Counted from the stretch's first letter, positions 1 through 11,068 are shown. The stretch: DNA of 60,505 nucleotides from an uncultured Alphaproteobacteria bacterium (GCA_937935995.1 CALGXF010000067.1:1-60505), one strand, 5' to 3'. Made by a program: numbers and translations. Notes: generated by a model not told the origin, from the sequence alone.

Positions 1-21
1 GGGGGGGGGGGGGGGGGGGGG
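1..21. other. Terminal poly-G run, probably a sequencing/assembly artefact
   Basis: 21 consecutive G at the extreme 5' end of the window, with no coding or structural context. The opposite end carries adapter sequence. Confidence 0.7.
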
Positions 22-156
22 AGAAAAAGCCCTTCTTTCCAGAATGCATGGACTTTTTTATAAGGGAGATAAATCCATGTAAGTGGCAATACAATACCAC
101 ATGCGCACACTATGGCATACATTTTGATTTCTGTCAATATTTTTATAAAATTTTTT

Positions 157-1050
157 TTAAGATCTTTTTTTAACCTGTAAAGCTTCAGATCCGGAAACCA
201 CGTCAATCAATTCCTCTGTAATAGCTTCTTGGCGCTTTTGTTGGAATTCCAAATTCATTTGTTCCAAACTTTCATCGATGTTTTTTTCCGCGTTTTGCAT
301 GTTAATCATACGCGCATGATGTTCAGCCGCCAAAGACATGGTAATAGCGCCGGACAAAACAATCATCAAATATTCTTGGATAAGTTTGGAAACAAGAAGC
401 TGTGGTTTCAACGTAATCAACGGCACATTATTGGTCGGCCATGGTTCGTTTTTTAAATTTTTGTACTGTTGCAAATCAAAAGGTAACAAAGTCACTTGTT
501 CGATTTTAGTCGGTTGATTGGGGAGTCGTTTATGGTAGAACAACAAAACGCGAGTCGCTTTTGTTTTTTCCATCGCTTCTTCCATGCGCACAATGACCGT
601 AGAAGCAATGCTGTTAATCGCTTTTATCGAATTGGAAACAGCATATTTGGCAAACAAGTCATATTGTTGTTGTTCTGCCAAAGCCGCAACACGTTTGCCG
701 ACGGTGATAAAAACCGCTTCTTTCGGAGAAATGCCTTTTTCTTTCAAAGAAAGAGCTGCCGTTTGCATGATTTCTTTGTTAAATCGGCCGACCAAACCGT
801 TGTCCGAACCGATGACAATCGCAATGGTTTTAGGCTCTGCCGTTGTTTTTTCGTGTGCCGGAATAAACACTGCATTGGTTTTAATCAACGCATGGAAAGC
901 ATTTCGAATCGTGTGTGTATATTCGATTAAAGATTTCTGTGCCTGTTCGTATTGCAAAATACTGACAGAAGACAAAGATTTCATTGTGCTGACGATATTG
1001 CGCAAATCTTCGGTTGTTTTTATGCGTTTCGAAAGCGTTTCCATCGACAT
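157..1050 (-). CDS. atpG: ATP synthase gamma subunit (N-type ATPase operon)
   Basis: The 157..1086 ORF is trimmed to the ATG at 1050, 1 nt after the atpA stop. The N-terminus 'MSMETLSKRIKTTEDLRNIVSTMKSLSS' and C-terminus 'QKRQEAITEELIDVVSG' are gamma-like. It is the last gene of the ATPase operon. Confidence 0.85.
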   Translation of the reverse strand: MSMETLSKRIKTTEDLRNIVSTMKSLSSVSILQYEQAQKSLIEYTHTIRNAFHALIKTNAVFIPAHEKTTAEPKTIAIVIGSDNGLVGRFNKEIMQTAALSLKEKGISPKEAVFITVGKRVAALAEQQQYDLFAKYAVSNSIKAINSIASTVIVRMEEAMEKTKATRVLLFYHKRLPNQPTKIEQVTLLPFDLQQYKNLKNEPWPTNNVPLITLKPQLLVSKLIQEYLMIVLSGAITMSLAAEHHARMINMQNAEKNIDESLEQMNLEFQQKRQEAITEELIDVVSGSEALQVKKRS

Positions 1051-1051
1051 G

Positions 1052-2566
1052 TTAAATAACCTTTTCCCGTTTAAGCGCTCGTTCAAAAGCCGTCAACATT
1101 TTTTGTTTTGTTTTATCGTCCAGTTTTTGCCGATCCAAAATCGCTTTGGCAATGTCTTTGAAATCCGTATTCATCAAAGAAGCAATGATTTCTTGAGCTT
1201 TTTTATTCTTTTGTGCATCAAGACCGTCCAACAATCCTTCATTGGTTGCCATCAAAATTGCAATTTGATCTGTTACTTTCATCGGTTGGAACTGGCGTTG
1301 TTCCATAACCATGCGAATAGCCCGACCGCGATTTAAGCGTTCTTCGGTTTCTTTGTCCATTTGAGTGCCGAATTTGGCAAAAGATTCCAGCTCTTCAAAT
1401 TGAGAGTAGAACAATTTAAGCGGCCCCACCAAAGACCGATACGCCGGCAGTTGAGCATCTCCACCCACCCGTGATACGGATCGCCCGGTATCAATCGCCG
1501 GCATGGTGCCTTTTTGGAACAAAGAAGCCGATAAATAAATTTGACCGTCCGTAATGGAAATGATGTTTGTCGGAATGTAAGCCGAAATATTGCCGGCTTC
1601 CGTTGACACAATCGGTAAGGCCGTCAATGACCCGCCGCCCAATTTTTTAATTAAATGTGTTGACCGTTCCAACAAGCGCGAATGAATATAGAAAATGTCT
1701 CCGGGATAAGCTTCTCGTCCGGGCGGCCGCCGTAAGAGCAGGGACATTTGTCGATAAGCCCGGGCATGATTGGTTAAATCATCATAAACAATCAAGACAT
1801 CTTTGCCTTGTTCCATGAAGAATTCCCCGATAGTCGTCGCAGCATAAGGAGCAATGTATTGCATACCGGCTTGGTCTTCTCCCGAAGCGACAACCACAAT
1901 GGCGTTTTGTAAAACATCATATTTTTTTAAATCTGCAATAACCCGAGCCACAGCTGCTGCCTGTTGCCCGATAGCGCAATAAATGGAAATGACACCCGTG
2001 TTTTTTTGATTGATGATGGTGTCAAGCGCAATAGCCGTTTTTCCGGTTTGACGATCGCCTAAAATCAATTCGCGCTGTCCGCGTCCGATTGGCGTAAACG
2101 AATCAATGGCTTTTAATCCGGTTTGAAGCGGTTGATCAACCGGTGCCCGATCCATAATGGCATAGGCTTCACGTTCAATCGGCCGGCGTTCTTTGGCTGC
2201 AATGGCTCCTTTGCCGTCTAACGGTTTCCCGACCGGGTCAATCACGCGCCCCAAAAGTTGGTTACTGACCGGAATATCCAAAATCCGATTGGTTCGAATG
2301 GCTTTGTCGCCCGCTTTTAAATGATCGGGATTGTCTAAAAAAACGACGCCGACAGCATCATCAGACAACGTTTGAACCATTCCCGAAACATTGCCCGGAA
2401 ACAACAGCATTTCATCCATTTTGACATTGGAAAGACCCGTTAAGACAGCTGTGCCGGCAGAAATAGATTGAATTTCGCTGACTTCCTGGCTTTTTAAGGA
2501 AGCTTTGGTTTTCTTTGTGCTTTCTTCAATGACATTCATTGCTTTTTCAGAGGCTTTTTTTAACAT
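1052..2566 (-). CDS. atpA: ATP synthase alpha subunit
   Basis: 504 aa with Walker A 'GDRQTGKTA', plus 'LLLRRPPGREAYPGDIFYIHSRLLER' typical of F1 alpha. Confidence 0.95.
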   Translation of the reverse strand: MLKKASEKAMNVIEESTKKTKASLKSQEVSEIQSISAGTAVLTGLSNVKMDEMLLFPGNVSGMVQTLSDDAVGVVFLDNPDHLKAGDKAIRTNRILDIPVSNQLLGRVIDPVGKPLDGKGAIAAKERRPIEREAYAIMDRAPVDQPLQTGLKAIDSFTPIGRGQRELILGDRQTGKTAIALDTIINQKNTGVISIYCAIGQQAAAVARVIADLKKYDVLQNAIVVVASGEDQAGMQYIAPYAATTIGEFFMEQGKDVLIVYDDLTNHARAYRQMSLLLRRPPGREAYPGDIFYIHSRLLERSTHLIKKLGGGSLTALPIVSTEAGNISAYIPTNIISITDGQIYLSASLFQKGTMPAIDTGRSVSRVGGDAQLPAYRSLVGPLKLFYSQFEELESFAKFGTQMDKETEERLNRGRAIRMVMEQRQFQPMKVTDQIAILMATNEGLLDGLDAQKNKKAQEIIASLMNTDFKDIAKAILDRQKLDDKTKQKMLTAFERALKREKVI

Positions 2567-2577
2567 CTCTTCATCCT

Positions 2578-3351
2578 TTATTCTTGCTGAATCAGACCCG
2601 TCATTGCCGTATCCAAATTCGTTTCAAACTGTTCCAGATATTGACGCATGTTCCAAGATATGATTTGTTCGCCGGCTTGTAATTCAATGCCTGATAATAA
2701 AGCCGGTTCTTCTTTAAATGTAAACCGAACATCCGAAGAAATATCCAAAACATCCGTCAAAAAGGCACCCATCTCTTTTTTCTGTTCCGGCGTCATTTTG
2801 ACGGCACTGATAAACGTGACACGCCCGGTTTGCCGAATATAATCCGCAAAAGCCTTTTTTTCTTTGGCCGGCATCGCCGTCAATTTTCGTTTGAATTGAT
2901 CTTCGATTAACGCATGCAAAGAAACGCCGGCCATCTGTTTGATGGATTGGTCTGCAAAGAGTTTAAATTGTTCCAAAATCAAATTCCGTAAATTGTTGTC
3001 AAAAGCTTTTTTTTCGTTCATCAGCTCTTCTTGCCAGCGTTTACGTGATTTGGTGACATCTTCTTTGGCTTCACTTAATAATACTTCTTTAATGTGGTCC
3101 GATTCTTTTCTGGCTTCTTCGAACATTTTTTGGCGGTCAGCTTCAAATGTGTCGATTTTTTGTTCATAAAGCTGTTGCTGACGGATGGCTTTATCCGCCT
3201 GTTCGCGTGCCGTGTTTAACCGTTCGGCGATTTTCGCCTGCCGCGCATCAACAGCCCTTAAAATCGGCGTATACAAAAACCGCTTTAACAGCCAGATTAA
3301 AATGACCAGATTGATAATCTGCGCCACAAGCGTAAACGTGTCAATTCCCAT
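2578..3351 (-). CDS. atpF: ATP synthase b subunit, long form with delta/OSCP-like C-terminus
   Basis: 257 aa with an N-terminal TM helix and a long charged coiled coil. The C-terminal 'ALLSGIELQAGEQIISWNMRQYLEQF' resembles the delta/OSCP C-terminal motif. The operon has no separate delta gene. Confidence 0.8.
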   Translation of the reverse strand: MGIDTFTLVAQIINLVILIWLLKRFLYTPILRAVDARQAKIAERLNTAREQADKAIRQQQLYEQKIDTFEADRQKMFEEARKESDHIKEVLLSEAKEDVTKSRKRWQEELMNEKKAFDNNLRNLILEQFKLFADQSIKQMAGVSLHALIEDQFKRKLTAMPAKEKKAFADYIRQTGRVTFISAVKMTPEQKKEMGAFLTDVLDISSDVRFTFKEEPALLSGIELQAGEQIISWNMRQYLEQFETNLDTAMTGLIQQE

Positions 3352-3364
3352 GACAACTCCTTAC

Positions 3365-3643
3365 TTATTTTGTCGCCGCTTCGACAGCATAATCCCAAAA
3401 CGGGTTGGCATAAAATGTTAAAAACGAAATCAGCAAAGAATATAAAGCCGTCGTTTCCACCATCGCCATCGTAACGAATAAAGTACTTCTGATTCGGCTG
3501 GCTTCGTCAGGTTGTTGAGCCATAGCTTGTAAAGCCGCCGCTGCGGCATTTCCTTCGCCGACCGCAGAACCTAAAGACCCGATACCCATACACAAACCTG
3601 CTGCTAACACAGAAAAAGCACCGATTAAACTAATTGCATCCAT
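3365..3643 (-). CDS. atpE: ATP synthase c subunit with Na+-type ligand set
   Basis: 92-aa two-helix hairpin with loop 'AQQPDEA'. Helix 2 'MVETTALY' aligns to the Ilyobacter 'AESTGIY' motif, and helix 1 'VGEGNA' places Glu at the Gln32 position. Confidence 0.9.
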   Translation of the reverse strand: MDAISLIGAFSVLAAGLCMGIGSLGSAVGEGNAAAAALQAMAQQPDEASRIRSTLFVTMAMVETTALYSLLISFLTFYANPFWDYAVEAATK

Positions 3644-3658
3644 TTTTTATCTCCTTTT

Positions 3659-4354
3659 TTAATAAGTTGGACTTTCTTCTTCCACATAGGGCGTTGTCGG
3701 CCCGACGTTTGACATATAAACAATTGCCAGCAATGCAAAGATATAGGCTTGAATTGAACCGGTCAGTAAGCCTAATACCTGCATCGAAAGTGGTAATAAG
3801 AGCGGAACGAATGATGTTAAAATGCTGGCAAACATCACCCCGCTTAACATATTACCGTACAAACGAAGCGCCATTGAAAAGGTTGACGCAAATTCGCTGA
3901 ACAAATTCATCGGCAGCATAATCGGGGAAGGGTCAATGAACTTTTTTAAATAACCTAAAACACCCGCGTTTTGAATGGCATGGTAAGGAATGGCACAAAA
4001 AACAACCAAAGCAAAAGCAATCGTTGTGCTTAAAGAAGCTGTCGGTGGTTGAAACCATGGAAAAATCGTCAAAAAATTGCTGACCAAAATAAACATAAAT
4101 AACCCGATGCCCAATCCCAAATATTTGGCCGGATTATCATTGCTGGTGTCTTTGATTTCTTTGCGCAACCAAACCACGACCATTTCCATCAGCGTTTGCC
4201 ATCTGGATGTTTGAATATCGTCACTTAAAAAGCGTGTTGCCAAAAACGAAAAGACCATCAAAACCGCCATGACAATCCAGCTTGAAAAAATCGTCACGTT
4301 AATCGGCAGATTAAACAAGTGAAAAACAATCATCGTGTCATAATTTTCAAACAT
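3659..4354 (-). CDS. atpB: ATP synthase a subunit
   Basis: 231-aa polytopic membrane protein with the conserved Arg motif 'ALRLYGNMLSG'. Confidence 0.9.
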   Translation of the reverse strand: MFENYDTMIVFHLFNLPINVTIFSSWIVMAVLMVFSFLATRFLSDDIQTSRWQTLMEMVVVWLRKEIKDTSNDNPAKYLGLGIGLFMFILVSNFLTIFPWFQPPTASLSTTIAFALVVFCAIPYHAIQNAGVLGYLKKFIDPSPIMLPMNLFSEFASTFSMALRLYGNMLSGVMFASILTSFVPLLLPLSMQVLGLLTGSIQAYIFALLAIVYMSNVGPTTPYVEEESPTY

Positions 4355-4679
4355 GTTTTTTCTCCCGCAGCATTTTTTTTACCTTTTTCGTGGCGATAAT
4401 GCGCATGACCATGAATCCGATGAAGAAAATAATAATTTTGACGATGTTTTTATCGGGATAAGCAACCCACATGAGGGCGATAAAAAAGACAATGAACCGA
4501 ACCAAAGCCGTTGAAAACAAATAGAATTTCATTTTTTCCATTTGCGTGACGCGCACAACGGTTTTCCATTGAGAATAAGCAAATATCGCCCCGATTATCA
4601 GGCCGAACAAAAACAACCCGACGCCGGTTAATGGCGAGATTTGAGAAAGCATATAAGAAAGGGCATTCGTTTCGGTCAT
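4347..4679 (-). CDS. atpR: N-ATPase accessory membrane protein AtpR-like
   Basis: 110 aa with 3 predicted TM helices. It sits between the AtpQ-like gene and atpB, as in N-ATPase operons. The call rests on position plus topology only. Confidence 0.6.
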   Translation of the reverse strand: MTETNALSYMLSQISPLTGVGLFLFGLIIGAIFAYSQWKTVVRVTQMEKMKFYLFSTALVRFIVFFIALMWVAYPDKNIVKIIIFFIGFMVMRIIATKKVKKMLREKKHV

Positions 4680-5020
4680 TTATTGATTTTCATCCTTTCC
4701 TGTTCTTTGCGATAAGCTTCATCGACTTTTTGAATACCTTCTTTTTTAATCCAAACGTACGCATAATAAAGACCGATAACAAAGCCGATAAGCATCAAAT
4801 TTAACCGCCATGAAATCGGATCTATCGAATATTTTTCATCCAGCCAGCCGCCGATGAGAATGGCCAGCAAAATGGGCGAGATGATAATCCCTCCCAAAAT
4901 ACCGATAATACCGACGTTTACATATAAAGACCGATAATCACGGTTTTCAAGCTGGCGTGCTTTGTGAATTAACTGTGTTTCGATTTTTTTATCATCCGTC
5001 GGGTCAAATTGCTTGTCCAT
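4676..5020 (-). CDS. atpQ: AtpQ / ATPase_gene1 (AtpI/AtpZ-like) small membrane protein
   Basis: 114 aa. 'GIIGILGGIIISPILLAILIGGWLDEKY' resembles the ATP-synthase gene-1 family motif. It is positioned after atpC. Confidence 0.6.
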   Translation of the reverse strand: MDKQFDPTDDKKIETQLIHKARQLENRDYRSLYVNVGIIGILGGIIISPILLAILIGGWLDEKYSIDPISWRLNLMLIGFVIGLYYAYVWIKKEGIQKVDEAYRKEQERMKINK

Positions 5021-5021
5021 T

Positions 5022-6844
<1,823 letters not shown>

Positions 6845-6888
6845 TTATAAAATGACTTTAAATATCCGTCAAGAGGAAAGTGTGCGCT

Positions 6889-8202
6889 TTATTTTAATTT
6901 GTTGCGCGTAATGCTTTCTTCCAAATCTTGTAACCGCAACGTTTTAATCGCGTCCTGTTTCAATAAAGGCAATGCTTTTTTGATTTTGGCCAAAGCATCC
7001 GGATATTGACCGGTGCTGTAATCGTATTCGGCCATCGCATAAAGAGCTTCTCCTTTTTTGCCTTGCATGCCGTAACCGCGCCCCAAAAAAGACCACGCAT
7101 CGGGCAAATAAGCATCGCGTGCCACAATGTATTCCAAATGTTGAACCGCTTCATCGGGATGATCATCTTCCAGCAACGCATGTGCCAAAGATAACCGAAT
7201 TAACGGGGCTTCGGGCATTTTATCAACGGCTTTTTGATAAGCCTTGATTGCGGTTTTAACTTGCCCTGTTTCAAACAGAATTTGGCCTTTAAGTTCCCAA
7301 AAATAGGGATTGTTCGGCTCCTTTTCGATGAGTTCGTCCGTTGCCTTTAAAGCTTCTTGAATGCGCGTGCTTTTGAAATAAGCAATCGCTTTGGCATACA
7401 AAGCCGCTTCGTCATTTCCTTTATACGTTTGTAACGTTTGTTGCGGTTCGTTTAAAAAGGCGAATAATTTGGCTTTAATTAAATGAAATTCTTTATCATC
7501 CGTTAACGGAATGTCCGTCTGGGCAGCGTTTTGCAAAAATTGAATCCGATCTTGGGTCAGCGGGTGTGTTTGCGTGTAAGCATAACGAGGATCAATAATC
7601 AATCGTTCATTCGCCTGAATTTTACGCATAACCGATAGCAGGCCGGCCGGTGAATAGCCGATTTTTCGAATAAGCCGAATGCCGGTGCTGTCCGCCGCAT
7701 TTTCTTCGGAGATGCGATAGGAACTGAAAAAGTTTTGAGCCGTTCCCATACCGCCGGCCATAATCGCGACACCGACATCACCGCGTCCTGAAGCAACGGC
7801 AGCGATACCGCCCAGAATTGTGGTGACAAGCGCCGTTCGTTGAGCTCTTTGCATATTATCATAAAGCCGGACAGAGTGGCCGCCGACGATATGTCCGGTT
7901 TCGTGTGCCAGAACACCGAAGAATTCATCGCTGTTATCCACGTTGGTGATGAGCCCTGTATGGATAAACACCGTTGTCCCGCCGGCGACAAAAGCATTTA
8001 ACGTATCATCTTGAATAAAAACGACATCAGCGGCATTTTGGTTCAAACCGGCCGCTTTGAACAGCCTTTTGACGTTTCTAATTGTGTATTGTTCCATTTC
8101 AGTGTCGCGAATAATCGATAAAGGCTTGCAATGCACACGGGAATATGGCATAAATAAGCATATCATTATCAAGACATAAAAAAGGATTTTTTGAATGAAC
8201 AT
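6889..8202 (-). CDS. M48 family metalloprotease with C-terminal TPR repeats (BepA-like)
   Basis: 437 aa with a signal peptide and the HExxH motif 'LAHETGHIVGGH'. The C-terminal half has TPR-like repeats. Confidence 0.85.
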   Translation of the reverse strand: MFIQKILFYVLIMICLFMPYSRVHCKPLSIIRDTEMEQYTIRNVKRLFKAAGLNQNAADVVFIQDDTLNAFVAGGTTVFIHTGLITNVDNSDEFFGVLAHETGHIVGGHSVRLYDNMQRAQRTALVTTILGGIAAVASGRGDVGVAIMAGGMGTAQNFFSSYRISEENAADSTGIRLIRKIGYSPAGLLSVMRKIQANERLIIDPRYAYTQTHPLTQDRIQFLQNAAQTDIPLTDDKEFHLIKAKLFAFLNEPQQTLQTYKGNDEAALYAKAIAYFKSTRIQEALKATDELIEKEPNNPYFWELKGQILFETGQVKTAIKAYQKAVDKMPEAPLIRLSLAHALLEDDHPDEAVQHLEYIVARDAYLPDAWSFLGRGYGMQGKKGEALYAMAEYDYSTGQYPDALAKIKKALPLLKQDAIKTLRLQDLEESITRNKLK

Positions 8203-8248
8203 GTACCGTTTCCTTTGTTTTAAGCGTTATTTTAAGGGCTTTGCGCCG

Positions 8249-9523
8249 ATGCGTCAATTTTTAATTTTACTTTTTCTGGCCGCTTGCGCCGGAACAACGA
8301 CTTTTTCGGATAAGAATTTAAAAGGGTTTGTCGGGGCGCCGGATGAATCAACGCGTCAGGTTGGTCAAGACATTTTATTAAAAGGCGGCAATGCGGCGGA
8401 TGCTGTGGCGGCAATGATTTTAAACGAAACGGTTGTTATGCCGTCTCGTGCCAGTCTTTCCGGCGGCGGTGTTTGTCAAATCTATGATGATAAGTCCGGA
8501 AAAGTAAAAACGCTTGATTTTCTGCCGGTTCAGGTGCCACAGACGAAGGCCGGTTTGCCCGCGCTGCCGCGTGGTGTTTTTGCTTTGCAAAGCCAGTATG
8601 GTATCAGCCGTTGGACGGATGTGATGAAACCGGCGATTGTGAATGCGCAAAAGGGTGTTCTTGTGTCGGATGAATTGGCAAAAGATATTGAAAAAGCCGA
8701 AAAGCTGCCGGCATCTTGGAAAGTTTTGAAAAAGGGAAATGTGTTGCAACAACCGCGTTTGGCGCAAACATTGTCGTTGATGAGCCAATCGGGAACCGGT
8801 GTTTTTTATAAAGGCGTGTGGGCTGATAAAATGGCGGCCGCTGCTTTTAATCTCGGTTATCCGTATGGGACGGAAAGCTTGAAAACAATCCGGCCGCAGT
8901 GGACGGATTCGACGTCTGTTTTGACGGCAAAAGGTAAGGCTTTTTTCCCAAACACACCGGCTTTGTCGGATAAAGGCAGCCTTGTTTGGAAGCAAATCAC
9001 GACTCATCATGATTTAATACAGGTTTCCCAAGGAAAAGAAACATTGCGTCAGATGGAAAATCAAGTGGCGGAAAATACCTTTGACGGCATCGGATTGATG
9101 GCAACGGACAAAAATGGACTGACAGTGGCTTGTGCGGTCGGAATGGGGGGCTTGTTCGGAGAAGGCATGTATTTGAAAGAGCAAGGTTTCTTCTTGTCAA
9201 ACGGGTTAGCATACGATCATCCGGAAGATATCGCCGTCATTATTCAAACGAATCCGGATGAAACGGACGTTTCGTTGGTTTTAGCCGGAGCAGGGCAAAA
9301 CGCTTTGGTGGACGGATTGCGTTTCATGGAAGCGGCTGTCTTCGGAGAAAAGAGCGTTTCATCGGCGGTAAAAGAAGTACGCTCGGAGGCGGCTGTAACA
9401 CGAGATACTTTGGATGAAATGCCGATTTTTGTTTGTCGGAACGGGTATCCGAACCAAGTTGCCGCGTGTCGGGCAAATGCGGATGTTCAACCGGTCTATG
9501 AACAAAAAGCTGCCGGAAATTGA
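8249..9523 (+). CDS. Gamma-glutamyltranspeptidase-family lipoprotein, probably non-catalytic
   Basis: The 8195..9523 ORF is trimmed to the Met before the lipobox 'LFLAAC'. 'GGNAADAVAAMILNETVV' is a GGT N-terminal signature. The nucleophile Thr position reads 'DGIGLMATDKNG' rather than 'TTHxSVVDxxG'. Confidence 0.7.
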   Translation: MRQFLILLFLAACAGTTTFSDKNLKGFVGAPDESTRQVGQDILLKGGNAADAVAAMILNETVVMPSRASLSGGGVCQIYDDKSGKVKTLDFLPVQVPQTKAGLPALPRGVFALQSQYGISRWTDVMKPAIVNAQKGVLVSDELAKDIEKAEKLPASWKVLKKGNVLQQPRLAQTLSLMSQSGTGVFYKGVWADKMAAAAFNLGYPYGTESLKTIRPQWTDSTSVLTAKGKAFFPNTPALSDKGSLVWKQITTHHDLIQVSQGKETLRQMENQVAENTFDGIGLMATDKNGLTVACAVGMGGLFGEGMYLKEQGFFLSNGLAYDHPEDIAVIIQTNPDETDVSLVLAGAGQNALVDGLRFMEAAVFGEKSVSSAVKEVRSEAAVTRDTLDEMPIFVCRNGYPNQVAACRANADVQPVYEQKAAGN

Positions 9524-9570
9524 TTGACTTCTTTTTTCTTTTCCTTTAAAACAAAGAAAAAGGACGAAAA

Positions 9571-10068
9571 ATGAAGATGAAAAATTTGACGGAACAACGG
9601 GAAATTATGGCCGGCGTTTTATTGGTTGCCGGGTTGATTTTGTTATTGTTTGCCGTCCATACACGGCAAGTCAATTCTTCGTCGGACACGCATTTTCATT
9701 TGTATGCAACATTCAATAAAGCTGACGGCATTACGAAAGGGTCGGCCGTGCGGTTAGCCGGGATTCCGGTCGGCAAGGTCACGCAGACGGAATTGGATCC
9801 TTATTACCGTGTTAAAATGACGTTATCTTTTGCGAAAAATTTAAATTTATCGACGGATACGGGCGCTGTTATTGAAACGGACGGGTTGATTGGGAATAAA
9901 TATATTGAGTTAACGCCGGGCGGGGATGAAGAGCTGTTAGAAAATGAGGACAGCATTGTTTATACGCAAGATGCTTTGTTGTTAGATGAACTGTTGAACC
10001 GCTTTTTAGAGATGATGCGGGCTAAAAAAGGGCTTGCGGCGGAAGGGAACGAAGGAGAATTTTCATGA
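9571..10068 (+). CDS. mlaD: MlaD/MCE-domain protein (paralog 1)
   Basis: 165 aa with an N-terminal TM helix. 'GITKGSAVRLAGIPVGKV' and 'TDGLIGNKYIELTPG' are MCE-domain motifs. Confidence 0.85.
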   Translation: MKMKNLTEQREIMAGVLLVAGLILLLFAVHTRQVNSSSDTHFHLYATFNKADGITKGSAVRLAGIPVGKVTQTELDPYYRVKMTLSFAKNLNLSTDTGAVIETDGLIGNKYIELTPGGDEELLENEDSIVYTQDALLLDELLNRFLEMMRAKKGLAAEGNEGEFS

Positions 10069-10526
10069 AAAGAAATCCGGTTGAAGCCATTTTAGGCTTT
10101 TTGGTTTTAATCTTTGCGGTGTTATTTTTGTTTTTTGCTTCCTCTCGGGTAGATGTTCAAAAAATCGCCGGCTATCCGGTGTTTGCTCATTTTCAAAAAG
10201 TCGGCGGTCTTGAAATGGGGGCTGATGTGCGCATTAACGGCATTAAAGTCGGTTCCGTGACCAAGATTGAATTAAATCCCGAAACATTTATGGCGCTTGT
10301 CGAAATGAATATTAAAGAAGATATCAAATTGCCGGCAGATACAGCTGCGGTTGTTGCGGATGCGGGATTGATGGGCGATAAGTATATTCGGTTGGAACCG
10401 GGGAAAAGTGTTGAGAAAATTGCGCGCAACGGTTATCTGCAAAAAACAAAGGACTACAAGTCTTTGGAAGACAGCGTCGGCGAGTTTATTTTCCTGTCCA
10501 CAAAAGATGACAAGCAGGCACCGTAA
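10065..10526 (+). CDS. mlaD: MlaD/MCE-domain protein (paralog 2)
   Basis: 153 aa, overlapping the upstream gene by 4 nt. 'GADVRINGIKVGSV' and 'DAGLMGDKYIRLEPG' are MCE-domain motifs. Confidence 0.85.
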   Translation: MKRNPVEAILGFLVLIFAVLFLFFASSRVDVQKIAGYPVFAHFQKVGGLEMGADVRINGIKVGSVTKIELNPETFMALVEMNIKEDIKLPADTAAVVADAGLMGDKYIRLEPGKSVEKIARNGYLQKTKDYKSLEDSVGEFIFLSTKDDKQAP

Positions 10527-11068
10527 TGAAACGAATTTTTTTAACGGTTTTGTTTTTATTTTCAACCAGCGTTTTTGCCACGGACATTCCGATGGATGTG
10601 GCTGTTTTGCGTGGTTTGGATAAAGTGACAGGGCGAACCAGCACATTTTCCGTTCCGGTCGGCGAAGTGCTTCAATTCGGTCGGACGTATGTCGTACCTG
10701 AATCCTGTTTTACGCGCCCGCCGGAAGAATCTCCCGAAAATGCGGCTTACCTGTATGTGTATGAAAAAAGCGTTCGCGGGGAAAATATAGAGTTATTCAA
10801 AGGATGGATGTTTTCTTCCAATCCGGCTTTGTCTTCAATGGAGCATCCTGTTTATGATATTTGGGTCATCGGCTGTGTGAAAGCCGAAGAAACACCGACT
10901 CCGGCGGTTGAAGCCGCGCCGATGTTGCCGGCCGATCCGTTGACGGAAGAACAAATTAATGCGATTGCGGATGAGGAAACGCAAACGGATGAAATACACG
11001 CGCCGTTGACAACGACAACGCCGCAACCCGTAGAGCCGGCGCCGTCCGTGTTAACTAAAACGCCTTAA
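10526..11068 (+). CDS. DUF2155-family secreted protein with a Pro/Thr/Glu-rich tail
   Basis: 180 aa with a signal peptide. 'VAVLRGLDKVTGRTSTF' is typical of the DUF2155 proteins that follow mlaD in alphaproteobacteria. Confidence 0.7.
   Translation: MKRIFLTVLFLFSTSVFATDIPMDVAVLRGLDKVTGRTSTFSVPVGEVLQFGRTYVVPESCFTRPPEESPENAAYLYVYEKSVRGENIELFKGWMFSSNPALSSMEHPVYDIWVIGCVKAEETPTPAVEAAPMLPADPLTEEQINAIADEETQTDEIHAPLTTTTPQPVEPAPSVLTKTP

Noticed and set aside
1-21. Poly-G as a biological G-quadruplex or telomere-like end
   Set aside because: It sits at the very end of the contig, and an adapter remnant occupies the other end. A technical origin is much more likely.
584-1336. 250-aa plus-strand ORF, with neighbours at 229-456 and 496-930
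   Set aside because: It lies entirely antisense to the well-supported atpG and atpA genes. The sequence is Cys/Phe-rich and low-complexity with no RBS, which is a typical shadow ORF.
8195-8248. Upstream extension of the GGT-like ORF, which overlaps the divergent M48 protease start
   Set aside because: Two divergent genes cannot share 8 nt of start region plausibly. The internal Met at 8249 gives a canonical lipoprotein signal peptide.
8420-9010. 196-aa minus-strand ORF
   Set aside because: It is antisense to the GGT-like gene. The translation is Arg-rich and typical of the reverse frame of a coding region, and no start context is present.
10272-10646. 124-aa minus-strand ORF
   Set aside because: It is antisense across the junction of the second mlaD and the DUF2155 gene, and has no support.
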